From positions 1,550,001 through 1,614,000 of the forward strand of contig JBNJNM010000015.1 in assembly GCA_052426225.1 (NCBI GenBank): DNA of 64,000 nucleotides, written 5' to 3'. Below, in pieces: positions 1-11,017 of the stretch. The position numbers and the translations under genes were made by a program. Numbering within the stretch: position 1 is the stretch's first letter; each line of letters starts with the position of its first letter. The stretch comes from Zancudomyces culisetae HAW-14-8. Its lineage: Eukaryota; Fungi; Kickxellomycota. Below the pieces are notes generated by a model. The model was given only the letters and a program-made list of their open reading frames with translations, did no database searches and was not told the DNA's origin.

Positions 1-56
1 TCATTAATGACACAAAAAATTTTAAAAATTTGGGTTTTAGGGTGTATAAGACTTGC

Positions 57-527
57 CATTTTATATCAAAAACGCCGCAGCAGTAGATTTCCTCAATCTC
101 TTTTCTATTCAATAGTTGAAAAGTTCAATGTAAGTTTTGCTTGCTTGATATAAACATTAAAATATACGATATTATCATACGTTAATGCTACTCTTATAAG
201 CAGAAATTTCATAAAGTTAATGCTAAAAAATATATGCTTTAATCAGTATGGGGAATAGAATAGAGAATAGTAAAAGGCTCACATTGAATATTTCCCATCA
301 GTGTCCGCAATAACGTCTACAACATTCAACTTTCCACATCTTCGTTGTGTGTTACTATCGGCTGTATCGCCAGGCTCTGTCAATAGCTGATACATGCCCA
401 TAACAAATCTTGATACTAGATTTGGTTCTCCAAAAGAATTTTCAAATGGATATGTCTCTACACAATCAGCAGTAAATTCGAGGTCCATTTTTGCCATTTC
501 GGTGACTATTTCGTTAATATTTGCCAT
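57..527 (-). CDS. DPH7: Diphthine methyl ester hydrolase Dph7/WDR85, 5' part (exons 527-283 and 104-57; continues off the left edge)
   Basis: Exon 1 DLEFTADCVETYP...GMYQL...RCGKL resembles the DPH7 N-terminus (human DTELTADSVEWCP...GTYQL...RLGR). GTGAG donor at 282 and TAG acceptor ending at 105 join in frame to IKEIEEIYCCGVFDIKW (cf. AILDMKW). Confidence 0.8.
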
Positions 528-870
528 TCTTGCCCAATTTCAAATAAAATGTATATTTAGCGTATTTTCAGTTTAACCAGAGTTTTATTTCTCTCTCCCC
601 TATATTATCGATATATAAATTCAAAGTTTATTAACTTGTGGGATTGTAATAAAATACCAAGAAAGAAAATTTGTAGATCAAATTTGTTTAAATGCGATTG
701 ATTAAATGAAATAAATGGGCAAATGGTGTGTTAGCTTTTTTTATTATTGCTTTTTAGTTTGCTTGGTTTAATATATGAGCAAAAAAATTGCGTATTGTTA
801 CTTGAATACACAAAACAATAAATCTTAGCAAATTTGAGGCGCATATTAGTGGAGGAAAACTTATATATAA

Positions 871-3800
871 ATGGAGAAGGAAACTATAGAAAAAGACATA
901 GACAGAATTCTGAAAAGGATCCAGCGGGGTAACTCTGACATTAAGGAATATATCGTGGATTTGTCAGCAACGTTTAAATCCTTTATAGAACAAAAAGTCA
1001 GAAAATATGATTCGGCTAGTAAAAGAATGATTCTTCCCAGCCCTATAAATCCAAAATCTACGCTTGAGGACGGTACGAAATCAGAATGTTCACTTGATGA
1101 CTTTTGTACAAAAATATTTGAAGAGCTCATTGATCTACAAAAGCAGGTAAAGGCGTGGGGAGACTGCAAGGATAGAATAGAGAGTAAGGAGATGGAACAG
1201 GTTATCGGGCTAAAGGATAAATTGAACATTACACAAGCGATTGATTTTGTGCTATTGTTTGCAGTAGCACCAAAACTATTACGGGGTACTACAGTGGAGC
1301 TAAAAAAAAGATTTGAATTACCAGCCCTCAAAAAAATGCTGGGACTTGATCCCAAAATATTTGTTGAATACTATAGACTAGCAAGTAGGGATTATGATGA
1401 CTCGGGTTTTGAAGAGGGTAGGTTTTTAGAGCTGTACAAATGGACAAAAAAATTAGGGGAAGTTTGTGTTTATGACAAAGTAAATTATATTGATGTGTCA
1501 AGTATATTGAGGGAGCGTGGGCTGCTGGATATATTTTCAGGGCTTATACAAGTAGGGTATGCACCCAAAAAATATGGAAAAGGGTTGATAACTGAAGAAC
1601 AATCATTTTTTTTGAAAAGGTTATTTACAAAGCTATTTTTTATGACAAATGAACGTCTATTGATGGAGGTTTTCATGGGATTGATGAGTTACAGGGCAAG
1701 CCCATCTGTTGACAGGAGTATGCTGTGGTTTAAAAAACTGTGCAAAAGATTTATGGTTAAAACACTACAGCTTGAGAATGGAGTTAAAGTGCTGATCGAG
1801 TACGTGGTAGGTGATGATAAAGACAGTACTTTAACAGGAGAGAAAGCGGAAGATGTGTCTAATGTACTGCTTACACCTGGTCTTGGGACTGCGGGAGGTA
1901 ATGACAAAGAACTGACAGAGTACTTCACTAATATTGTGAATCAATTATTAAACCTGGCAGAGGAAAGCGACGATAACTCGGGTAGAATTGCGGTTAGCGT
2001 TCTTGAAGCGTTAGCAGTCAGGTTCCCAAACTATTTTAAGGTGTTTGTTTATGGAAAAACAACGAACGAGCTAGTAAAATGGGGTTTGAATAAGGTCCCT
2101 AACAAGCAAGGAGTAGTATCAACTGTCGAGGAAAAAAACTCTGCTGATCCAATAAGGATAGCATTAGGAGTGGAACACAAAATTACTACATTCAAAAAGC
2201 CGCTGATTCAAGAAGTGATCAGTCAAGATGCAATAGGGAATAGTGTAAACAGGGAATTAGCTGACAAATTAAAGGGGAAGGTGTGGGTTTATGATGGGGA
2301 CGGTAGTGGCGAGGATGGTGCGTTCGAGAACTCAGTTCTGGTGACCGGAGAATCGATTACTCGAATAATAAACCTTCTAAAAAAGTTTACGGACAAGACT
2401 ATATGTTGTGAACAAGCAATGGAACTATTGATCACGCCAATACTGGAGTCTCTCATGTACTTGTACAGTTTTGGATTTAATGCCGTTAACCAGTTGAAAA
2501 GTTTGTCGCAGGGCGTGGAGACAATCAAGAAGGTTCAAAAAGACAAAAACGGAGCAGTGGGTGTTGTGATTGAAAGGGTTGAAGCGCTGTTAGTAGATCT
2601 AAGATGTATTTTCAATGGTTATTTTAAAGCAAAAGATGGGTCAGAAGGGAGAGAGATGATAGAAATTGTGACAAATAACAGAATGACAGGTACAGAGGTG
2701 TATCCGTTATTTATATTGAATTTTAGAGTAGAAGCAAAGTATGTGGAAATAGAAGTAAGATACCCCACGAAACTACCGTCAATACCGATCGAGAATTTTG
2801 AAGCAGTGATCGAGCACGATATGGATTCTTTTGATGAAGAACTATGGCAATCTAGACTGGACACGCTGGCGATAATAGACATTTTTCGTCATTTGGAGAA
2901 CAAGGAGTTTTTACCTCAGCTGTTTATAGGAATGCTGTACGAGTACATAGCCATATACGACGACTTGACAGTAGAGCAAGGGAGGAGCGATGCAGAGAAA
3001 GACGGTAATCATATTAGGTATGAAACCGACCTATCTGTAAATCCATCACAACTGAACAAAAACAGAATGGGGATATTTTCCAGAGAGGTGAGGATGACGA
3101 TGATAGGAAGAATGGTACTGGAGTTTATTGAATACTTAGGACCTGAAATTCTAACCAATAGAACGTCTAATGTTCTAGCGTTTATAAACACAGTTTTAGT
3201 CAGGGCCATAGAAAACCCGCCAAAACTATCAACTTTGGTGAATGTTAATGGGAACGTAGAGGACGAAAATATTAAATCAAGACTGGAGAGCCAAGTTTCA
3301 GATTCAGAAATATTAATATTGGCCTTAAGCTTACTGTTACTAATAGTGGGCGATGTTTATCGGGCACCTGGTGGTGACAGTTACGATGACGATGACGATA
3401 ATGATGGTGATAATGATGGTAGTGATAAAGAAAAGGACGATAGGTTGATTAGAGCGGCATTTTCGCATCTGGAAACACTAAAAATTAGGTGGAGCGAATA
3501 CCCGGTGATAGCACAGCTTATCAATGAGATTATGCAACTTAATCCCAATATTTCAAGTTCTCAACTTGAAAGTACTACGGATAGTAATGGTAAAACTATG
3601 CTCTCAAGTTCCAACAGCGAATATATAATGGCAATCAGGGATTTGCAGTCGCCTATGATTCCGATACAAGCATATGGATTAGTAACACTACAAAACTTGG
3701 TCTTGGAGAAAATCAAGACAGACAAAGCTGGAAATACAGGAAAAAATGGTAGCAATGGTGGTAAAGATAATGTTAGTGATGATGGTATTGTGGAAACCAG

Positions 3801-4584
3801 TATTGACGTTTTCAAAAAACTGATTGAGCATGAGGACTCGTATATATATCTGAAGAGCATATCAGCACTTGTCAGAATACTAACAGTTTCGGACAAGGTT
3901 CACAAAAAGATGATACTTCGTCAAATAGCTGATGGTTATTTCACCGAGGAGGCAGCTATTGATGACGAAAACTCTAATAACGATGGGTTTGATGCCCGAC
4001 TGAGATACGGTGAAGTTCTTATCCAATTCTGTAAAAATGTTGGTAGCGCAGTGATACTATATGTAGACGAGATAGTTCCCAAGTTAATACAGGATATAGA
4101 TAAACACTCTCGCCAGAAGATGCAGCTACAGGACAGACAGTTACTATTTTTGCATTCGTCGATATCCATTCTGGGTAATATATGCGCGATTTATCCATTG
4201 GCGCTGACCCGGTACTTGGGAACTGTTGTCGAATATTGCAAAAACAGCATCTTGATGTCGTTCAGCAGTGGCAATAGTGGTGGTGGTAGTGGTGGTAGTG
4301 GTGGTGATTCTAATGGGGCTGACGAGGAGCTGGCGCCACTATTTATGATCATTAACAGATCATGTATTACATTACTTTCTAGCATTATTTTGGGATTCAA
4401 GGACAACTTATTAAAGCAAATAGATGCATCGTTGCTAAGGGAAATCTACAGATGCCTAAAACTGGTGTCAAATTCCATAGATATATTTGATGATGTAAGC
4501 ATTTGGAATGCCAACGTTGGGCTAAACGAACTGAACAAGGTTATCAAAAACGATCTTTTTAATAGTTTCAGTCTGTTGATGTAA
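871..4584 (+). CDS. RTP1: RNA polymerase II assembly factor Rtp1 / TANGO6-like HEAT-ARM protein, single exon
   Basis: 1237-aa ORF. The C-terminal segments AIRDLQSPMIPIQAYGLVTL, EHEDSYIYLKSI and RLRYGEVL match the recalled Rtp1/TANGO6 C-terminal motifs. Confidence 0.8.
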   Translation: MEKETIEKDIDRILKRIQRGNSDIKEYIVDLSATFKSFIEQKVRKYDSASKRMILPSPINPKSTLEDGTKSECSLDDFCTKIFEELIDLQKQVKAWGDCKDRIESKEMEQVIGLKDKLNITQAIDFVLLFAVAPKLLRGTTVELKKRFELPALKKMLGLDPKIFVEYYRLASRDYDDSGFEEGRFLELYKWTKKLGEVCVYDKVNYIDVSSILRERGLLDIFSGLIQVGYAPKKYGKGLITEEQSFFLKRLFTKLFFMTNERLLMEVFMGLMSYRASPSVDRSMLWFKKLCKRFMVKTLQLENGVKVLIEYVVGDDKDSTLTGEKAEDVSNVLLTPGLGTAGGNDKELTEYFTNIVNQLLNLAEESDDNSGRIAVSVLEALAVRFPNYFKVFVYGKTTNELVKWGLNKVPNKQGVVSTVEEKNSADPIRIALGVEHKITTFKKPLIQEVISQDAIGNSVNRELADKLKGKVWVYDGDGSGEDGAFENSVLVTGESITRIINLLKKFTDKTICCEQAMELLITPILESLMYLYSFGFNAVNQLKSLSQGVETIKKVQKDKNGAVGVVIERVEALLVDLRCIFNGYFKAKDGSEGREMIEIVTNNRMTGTEVYPLFILNFRVEAKYVEIEVRYPTKLPSIPIENFEAVIEHDMDSFDEELWQSRLDTLAIIDIFRHLENKEFLPQLFIGMLYEYIAIYDDLTVEQGRSDAEKDGNHIRYETDLSVNPSQLNKNRMGIFSREVRMTMIGRMVLEFIEYLGPEILTNRTSNVLAFINTVLVRAIENPPKLSTLVNVNGNVEDENIKSRLESQVSDSEILILALSLLLLIVGDVYRAPGGDSYDDDDDNDGDNDGSDKEKDDRLIRAAFSHLETLKIRWSEYPVIAQLINEIMQLNPNISSSQLESTTDSNGKTMLSSSNSEYIMAIRDLQSPMIPIQAYGLVTLQNLVLEKIKTDKAGNTGKNGSNGGKDNVSDDGIVETSIDVFKKLIEHEDSYIYLKSISALVRILTVSDKVHKKMILRQIADGYFTEEAAIDDENSNNDGFDARLRYGEVLIQFCKNVGSAVILYVDEIVPKLIQDIDKHSRQKMQLQDRQLLFLHSSISILGNICAIYPLALTRYLGTVVEYCKNSILMSFSSGNSGGGSGGSGGDSNGADEELAPLFMIINRSCITLLSSIILGFKDNLLKQIDASLLREIYRCLKLVSNSIDIFDDVSIWNANVGLNELNKVIKNDLFNSFSLLM

Positions 4585-4683
4585 ATAAAGCCGCGCTCTG
4601 TTTACTAAGTGTTTTTTTGGGGGGGGGGGTTAGGCACGTGTGTTTAGTATAATTTCCGAGTAGATTCTAGGATTTGTTCAAAA

Positions 4684-4693
4684 AAAATTTTCA
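4684..4693 (-). promoter_or_regulatory. RRPE-like element (TGAAAATTTT) upstream of a ribosome-biogenesis gene
   Basis: Exact TGAAAWTTTT on the minus strand about 215 bp upstream of the DHR1 ATG. The AT-rich background makes a chance match plausible. Confidence 0.3.
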
Positions 4694-4907
4694 TCACTTT
4701 ATTATTGCTGTTTTTTCTTGTTGGCGAATAGTCGCGACTTGAAATAAATCCACAGAAAAAAAAATTTTCTGTGGATCAAAGTGTTGAGCACAATAAGGAT
4801 AACTTTAAAAAAATATATATAGCTCAAGAAATAGCAGAATAGATTCGAGTTTTGCATCTTCTTATCTGCGAGCCATACTTGACGAACAATACTTTATTAT
4901 ATAAAAT

Positions 4908-7900
4908 ATGGGAACGAATAAGGGCAAAAAACAGAAAAGATATGAAAAATATCTGGAAAAAGAGAAAAAGAGAGAAAATAGACTTGAGTTGCTGGAGAGC
5001 CTAAGTAAATCAAGTTTCAGCAGCGACTTGTTTCTCAGTAGTAAGAAAATAGGACAACGAGAGGAGACCAATAAGGAAAAACTAGTTCGGGCATTTAAAG
5101 AAGAAAAATTAGGAATAAGAGGTGCAAACGATGGAGTTAGACTTTACAGTGAAGTGAACGCTGTGGCACCAACAATAGCTGTGGGCACACAATCCCCATT
5201 ACCAACTGGGAGTGCAAGTAGCAAGAAAAGAAAAAACAAAAACAAGAAAAAGAACAAAAACAAAAACAAAAACAAGGGTAACGATGGCGACAACAACAAC
5301 AATGAAAATGAAAATGACAATGACAACGGTAGCGGAAATGATATTGAGAACATAAAAGGCAGCGTTGAAGCTGATATTATGCAAACTGAACAAGTAGGAA
5401 CGAAAAGAAAATACACTTCTGATGAATATGATACTGAAGACAAAAGCAACCAGACCAGCAAGGCTGCACTTGATCATACTGGGAAACAGGAAGAGGGAAT
5501 GGAAATAGAAGATTCCCACAATAAACTGGACAATGTGGTTGAACCAATTATGGATGGGGGAGACAGGCACGAAAATGGAGGTGGTAGGGATGTAGCAATG
5601 GCACCAGCGGTGGTGGTATCGCTGAAAAGTAGAAAGAGGCAAAAGAAACACAGAATTTTGAATAAGATTCGGGGAGACGGCGACATTGAAGCAACGGGGG
5701 CGGAAAGAGGAGGGGAAGGTATTGGTATGAGTGATGAAAGTGGTGAATCAGAAAGTGAAGAAGAGGATACAGATGAAGAAGAGGACGAGGAGGAAAATAT
5801 GAAATTGAGCAACATATACCAGCTACAACAGTTTAAGAGTACTCAGGTAGATCAGATAAAGCAGCAGGAGTTGGAGAGGCGACAAGAGCAGCAGAGACAG
5901 CTAGAAGCAAAAAACCAGGAGCAAGGTGAGGTAAAAGAAATAAAGTGGAAAAGGGTGATAAAAGTTAATAGAGTAGATGAGGTGCAGGCTGCGAGGGCAG
6001 AGTTGCCAGTATTAAATGAGGAGCAGCAAATTATGGAAGCGGTAGCAGAAAAGGACATAATAATAGTCAATGGCGCAACAGGCTCAGGAAAAACGACACA
6101 AATCCCACAGTTTCTATATGAGGCAGGATACTGTGAAGGAGGAAAGATAATAGGGGTAACACAGCCACGAAGGGTAGCGGCAGTTAGTATGAGTAAGCGG
6201 GTGGGATATGAGTTGAACGATCCCAAGATGGTTGGCTACCAGATCAGGTTTGACACAAATGTCGACAAAGAGAAGCTTAGAATAAAGTTTATGACCGATG
6301 GTGTGCTAGTCAAAGAAATGGGAGCTGATTTTCTGCTACGAAAGTATTCGGTAATTGTGATTGATGAGGCACATGAGAGGTCGCTGAATACAGATTTGTT
6401 GATTGGATCTCTTAGTCGGATAGTAGAGATACGCCGGGAAATGAAGGATATCCTGAAAGTAGTAATCATGAGTGCGACGAATATTACTGATTTTTTGATA
6501 AATAGCAATAATGGACTGTTTAAGACAGCGGAAAGTATTCCAAGGGTGATTACTGTGGAGGCGAGGCAATTTCCAGTGTGTATAAAGTACAACAAGAAAA
6601 CACCAACGGGTGAGCATGACTATATCAAGGCGGCACTTAAAAAAGTTCAACAAATTCATGAGCGACTACCGGATGGCGGAATCCTAGTGTTTTTGACAGG
6701 AAAGCAGGAGATTAACTATTTTGTTGATGAGATCAATAAAATGTATAACAAGACCGATGTTAACAGCACTGGCATCTCTAATAAAAAGAAGGGACAAACC
6801 AAGAGTGTAAATAATAAAATGGAGATAGCTGGAGATGGGTTTTGGGATGAAGAGGAAAGAGAAAACTGGGGATATGACGACTATGATCTTTTAGACAAAG
6901 AGGAAGGTAATAAAGAAGGAGAAGATGGGGATGATGAGGAAGAGGAAGAGGAGGAGGAGGAGTGGTTGAATGTTGAAAAGGATACACAAAAGTCAAAGAT
7001 ATCGGAATATTTGTTTAAAAAGAATTCGTTAGATGAGGATCAAACTAAAAGAGGTGTTGATGTGTACCCGCTATATTCAGGTTTATCAGAAGAGCAACAA
7101 AGTAGAGTGCTAAATTACTATTCGCAAAATAACGACAGCAAAAGTAAAAATAAAAGTAGAACTTCCCACTTTGGTGGCGAAAACAAAAAGCAAAAAATTG
7201 GTGAAAATACTAAAGACGGTGCTTGTAAAGTGGAAAAGGAAAAAAAACGCTTGATAGTAGTATGTACAAATGTAGCAGAAACATCTATAACAATTCCAGG
7301 GATTAGATATGTGATTGACACAGGGAAGGTCAAAGAAAAGGTGAACAGCGGGAGTAGTGGTAGTAGTAATAGTTCGGAGGGTGGAGTGGGAGGAGGTGTA
7401 TATGGATATAAAGTCAATTGGATTTCAATAGCGAGTGCAGAGCAGAGAGCTGGTCGTGCTGGAAGAACAGGTCCTGGTGTTTGCTACAGACTGTATTCGA
7501 GTGCTGCCATGACTAACGAGTTCAGTCAATACAATCAACCCGAAATCATTAGTCTACAGAATGACATGGCAAGCACAGTTTTGTTTATGAAGTCAATTGG
7601 CATTCACAACATTCTTACTTTTCCATTCCCCACTAGACCTCCAGTTGATAAACTGAAACATTCATTGAATCTGCTTTATGATTTGGGCGCAATTTCATCT
7701 TCTCTTTCCAACACAAAGTCTGATTCTGGTACGAGTGGTACAGCTACACCTACATCTACATCTACATCTAATAAAACAGTCATCACACCTCTTGGAAAGC
7801 TCATGTCGATGTTTCCCATCCACCCCAGACTCGCTAAAATTCTGATTCTAGCCAACAGCCAAAAATCCAACGATTGTTTGAAATATGTGTTGGCTATTAT

Positions 7901-8915
7901 CAGTATTTTGACTATAACCAATGGTGAATTATCTCTGCTGTTATCTCGACCATCTGAATCGTCCGAAAATGAAAATATCGATAATTTTGAAGACCCTACC
8001 AAGATTATTGATATCAAAAGATCGCTAATTAAGTCAAAGTCAAATACTAGTGACTTGATATACCTTTTGTATGTTTATGGCTCTTTATTGTTCAATAGCA
8101 CCAAAAGCAAAAACAGAGATAAAGGAAAAAATGCAAATGCAAACAGGGTCCTGAGGGAAATAAACAACTTGTACTCCCAGCTATGCCTGATCCTCCACAA
8201 AAACAAGCTAATTGACCAAGACTCTTTCAATAACTTGAGGATATCACCAGGAAACAATCCAAAGGCGTTTTATAACTCACCTCCAGACTCCTCCCAGCTG
8301 ACCGCAATCTCTCAGCTAGTTACATGTGGATTTATAGACCAGTTGGCTATCAGAGCTGATTTGGTATCCACTTCCTCAATTAATGACAGTCTTAACTACA
8401 CAAGAAAAAACAAAAAAATACTTCCCTCCTCTGTTCCTTACAGAACATTAAAGGATAACCAAATCGTTTATATTCACCCAAATACCTGTTCTCTCATGCT
8501 CCCATCATCCTCTTCACACATGAAACCAGCCGATTTCCCCCAACTACTCTCGTTTAACGAACTTGTTCTTCCTTCAAAAAAATCCTCAACTATCCAGCTA
8601 ACACAAGAATCATCCTTGCCAGAATCTGCCACGCCAGATAATGACGGAGCTAGCAACGATGCTCCACTAAAGGTTTATATGAAAACCTGCACTTTGATTC
8701 CAGATCCCAACTGGCTACCCATTCTTGCTCCTCTACACTATCTCAATTTCGGTTCTGTCACCAGAAGAATATCATCTGATGATAACAACATGACATGCTA
8801 TGTAAGTGCGACATTCGGTCCCCACTCTTGGTCCCTACCAAAGGATATTAGAGTCTTACAGTCTAAAATCCCAAATTCTGGCAGTTGGAAAATCGTGAAG
8901 GTCCAGTCTCTCTAG
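4908..8915 (+). CDS. DHR1: DEAH-box RNA helicase Dhr1/Ecm16 (DHX37), small-subunit biogenesis
   Basis: GATGSGKTTQIPQFLYEAG, TQPRRVAA, DEAHER, SAT, TNVAETSITIPG and QRAGRAGR motifs. The Dhr1-type N-terminus (KEKKRENRLELLESL...SSKKIGQ) and the acidic insert in RecA2 point to DHX37. Confidence 0.92.
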   Translation: MGTNKGKKQKRYEKYLEKEKKRENRLELLESLSKSSFSSDLFLSSKKIGQREETNKEKLVRAFKEEKLGIRGANDGVRLYSEVNAVAPTIAVGTQSPLPTGSASSKKRKNKNKKKNKNKNKNKGNDGDNNNNENENDNDNGSGNDIENIKGSVEADIMQTEQVGTKRKYTSDEYDTEDKSNQTSKAALDHTGKQEEGMEIEDSHNKLDNVVEPIMDGGDRHENGGGRDVAMAPAVVVSLKSRKRQKKHRILNKIRGDGDIEATGAERGGEGIGMSDESGESESEEEDTDEEEDEEENMKLSNIYQLQQFKSTQVDQIKQQELERRQEQQRQLEAKNQEQGEVKEIKWKRVIKVNRVDEVQAARAELPVLNEEQQIMEAVAEKDIIIVNGATGSGKTTQIPQFLYEAGYCEGGKIIGVTQPRRVAAVSMSKRVGYELNDPKMVGYQIRFDTNVDKEKLRIKFMTDGVLVKEMGADFLLRKYSVIVIDEAHERSLNTDLLIGSLSRIVEIRREMKDILKVVIMSATNITDFLINSNNGLFKTAESIPRVITVEARQFPVCIKYNKKTPTGEHDYIKAALKKVQQIHERLPDGGILVFLTGKQEINYFVDEINKMYNKTDVNSTGISNKKKGQTKSVNNKMEIAGDGFWDEEERENWGYDDYDLLDKEEGNKEGEDGDDEEEEEEEEEWLNVEKDTQKSKISEYLFKKNSLDEDQTKRGVDVYPLYSGLSEEQQSRVLNYYSQNNDSKSKNKSRTSHFGGENKKQKIGENTKDGACKVEKEKKRLIVVCTNVAETSITIPGIRYVIDTGKVKEKVNSGSSGSSNSSEGGVGGGVYGYKVNWISIASAEQRAGRAGRTGPGVCYRLYSSAAMTNEFSQYNQPEIISLQNDMASTVLFMKSIGIHNILTFPFPTRPPVDKLKHSLNLLYDLGAISSSLSNTKSDSGTSGTATPTSTSTSNKTVITPLGKLMSMFPIHPRLAKILILANSQKSNDCLKYVLAIISILTITNGELSLLLSRPSESSENENIDNFEDPTKIIDIKRSLIKSKSNTSDLIYLLYVYGSLLFNSTKSKNRDKGKNANANRVLREINNLYSQLCLILHKNKLIDQDSFNNLRISPGNNPKAFYNSPPDSSQLTAISQLVTCGFIDQLAIRADLVSTSSINDSLNYTRKNKKILPSSVPYRTLKDNQIVYIHPNTCSLMLPSSSSHMKPADFPQLLSFNELVLPSKKSSTIQLTQESSLPESATPDNDGASNDAPLKVYMKTCTLIPDPNWLPILAPLHYLNFGSVTRRISSDDNNMTCYVSATFGPHSWSLPKDIRVLQSKIPNSGSWKIVKVQSL

Positions 8916-10422
8916 TGAATGGGTGATATCGGCTGATTAAACTTTAGCATTTGATTGATTTTGTTTATCCACATTGTACTGGTCGAATTCATTGACACAC
9001 ATGGCATTGGGTGTTCAGAGCTCTTTATCTATTTAAACGTTCATAAATAAATTATTTTAACACACCATACTCTCATTTGTCTAGTTTTCTATCCTTTCCA
9101 AATATCTTCCCCCTCTGTTACAATTAATTATCACCAATTCCATTAAACAAACAAACGAGCAAAAAAAAAAAGTCGCCAACTCCTCTTTTTTCTTTCTCTC
9201 TCTCTCTCTCTCTCAAATCTTACCTCAATCGCTTCCCCTTTCTTAAGATGTCTCATTGTTTCGCCGTCTACAGAATATACGGTCTCACCTCTACTCGATT
9301 CCACCACTTTTAGCATTATCGTCGCATCTGTAGGAAGAATAACGGATCTAAATGATAGCGACCGCGGACAAATTGGTGTGATTATTGTTCCCTCCATCGA
9401 TGGATGCATTATTGGTCCTCCTGCTGATAGTGAATACGCTGTTGATCCGGTTGATGTTGATACTATGATTCCATCTGCTACTGTTTTTGTCAAAATCTGT
9501 CCGTTTATGTAGCACTCCAGTGTTGTCATGTGCTGCGAACTTCCTCTATGTACTGTGATTTCGTTCAGAGCCGTTCGCGTACCTATAACCATTTGTTATT
9601 GTTTATTCTGATGTCTCATAACTGCCATATCTTTAATATCCGTATATAACACCAAACTCGATCATTATGCTATCATTACTAGTACTGCACCTATTACTTG
9701 CACAATATCAATAATAATTATATATATATTTTTTCAATCACAATTACCTTTTTGTGCTACTTCTTTGCCATCTATCCCTAGTTTTACAGCGCTGAGCCTT
9801 GCCCTGTTTATTGTGTAGTATTCGCCCTTCAAAAAATTCTCAAACACTTTTTGATATGCGTCTATTTCTATAGATGCAAGTATCGTTAGATTCAGCTATA
9901 AAAATCACCAGCTGTCGTTGTTTAAAGGTCTTTACTATGCTTTCTATTACAAATATTGAAATAGTGGAATTCAAAACTTACCAAACGGTAACAAGAATCC
10001 CAGTGTTCCCATCGAAAACGAGATAACGGGAGGAAATATGCCAGGAAAATAGGATGATGCATTCAGTAGTGTTCCATCACCCCCAATAGTTACTACAAAA
10101 TCGATCTTGGTATCCTTTTGGTTTTCTGTTTATATATGTATATGTTTGTGTCTTTTTATTGCCTTTCTTTTTTATCGATAAAACTCAATCTTCATGGGTC
10201 AAGATATGATAATATAAAGAAAGCTTCGACTGTATCGCAAGCAGAAAAAAAATCAGTAAAACACAAACCTGTTGTCAAGATTTGATAGTCCACCGTGCTA
10301 TCATCCTTTATTTCATCATAGATATCCTGTTCAACGTATATCTCAAGCTGGGGATATTCTTTTTTCAACCAGCTATAACATGTATTGACATTTTTTTTCT
10401 TCATTATATCAGTTGTAGATTC

Positions 10423-10454
<32 letters not shown>

Positions 10455-11017
10455 CATGTAAAAACGAATAAGGGTTAATTACGTTCCAAAACTAAATCAG
10501 CTGGAACCGCTATTTTTCACAGCATTATTTCTTACCTTGATATTTTTAACAGTGCTAATCTTGTGTCTTCAACACCATACTTTATTACCATAAACACCTT
10601 TTGCGGTTTCTCTTTTTCCCAGTTGCTTATTGCCGAATGGAAATTGATTCCTTTTTTCTGCATCCTAATCGTTATTGATGGATCATTTACAAACACTGCT
10701 CTATGGATTTTCTCTAAACAAGGCTAAATCTACATAAAATTAGAGGCAGTTCACCTTTACTCTTACCTTTTTGCTTGAGCTGTTTGCAACACACTTTCTA
10801 ATACTTGTGATTGTGAAGCCATCTCGAAAGATGGTTTATTTACTATTTTACTTTTCACATTGTCAACTATTCCATCTTCAGTTAAAGTCAAATTAGTCAT
10901 ACTTCTTCTCGATGTTCCATATATACTTTGACAAGCACGGAATTCCAAGGCGATTTTAGATTTTAACGCGCTTCTGGAACCGATCGATCCGACAAACCGG
11001 TTGCATGTATTCAACAT
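8912..11017 (-). CDS. POS5: Mitochondrial NAD(H) kinase, Pos5-type; about 7 exons (intron 1 boundaries uncertain; last exon 9028-8912)
   Basis: Spliced motifs IDFVVTIGGDGTLL, PPVISFSMGTLGFLLPF, ALNE and ADGIIVSTSTGSTAYSLSAGG, plus TPICPRSLSFR. The Arg/Ser-rich N-terminus resembles a mitochondrial presequence. Confidence 0.88.

Noticed and set aside
9143-9223. C-terminus RFERERERERKKR of the 149-aa track ORF
   Set aside because: Read-through into an intron containing a (GA)n microsatellite; the exon ends at GAG|GTAAG (9224).
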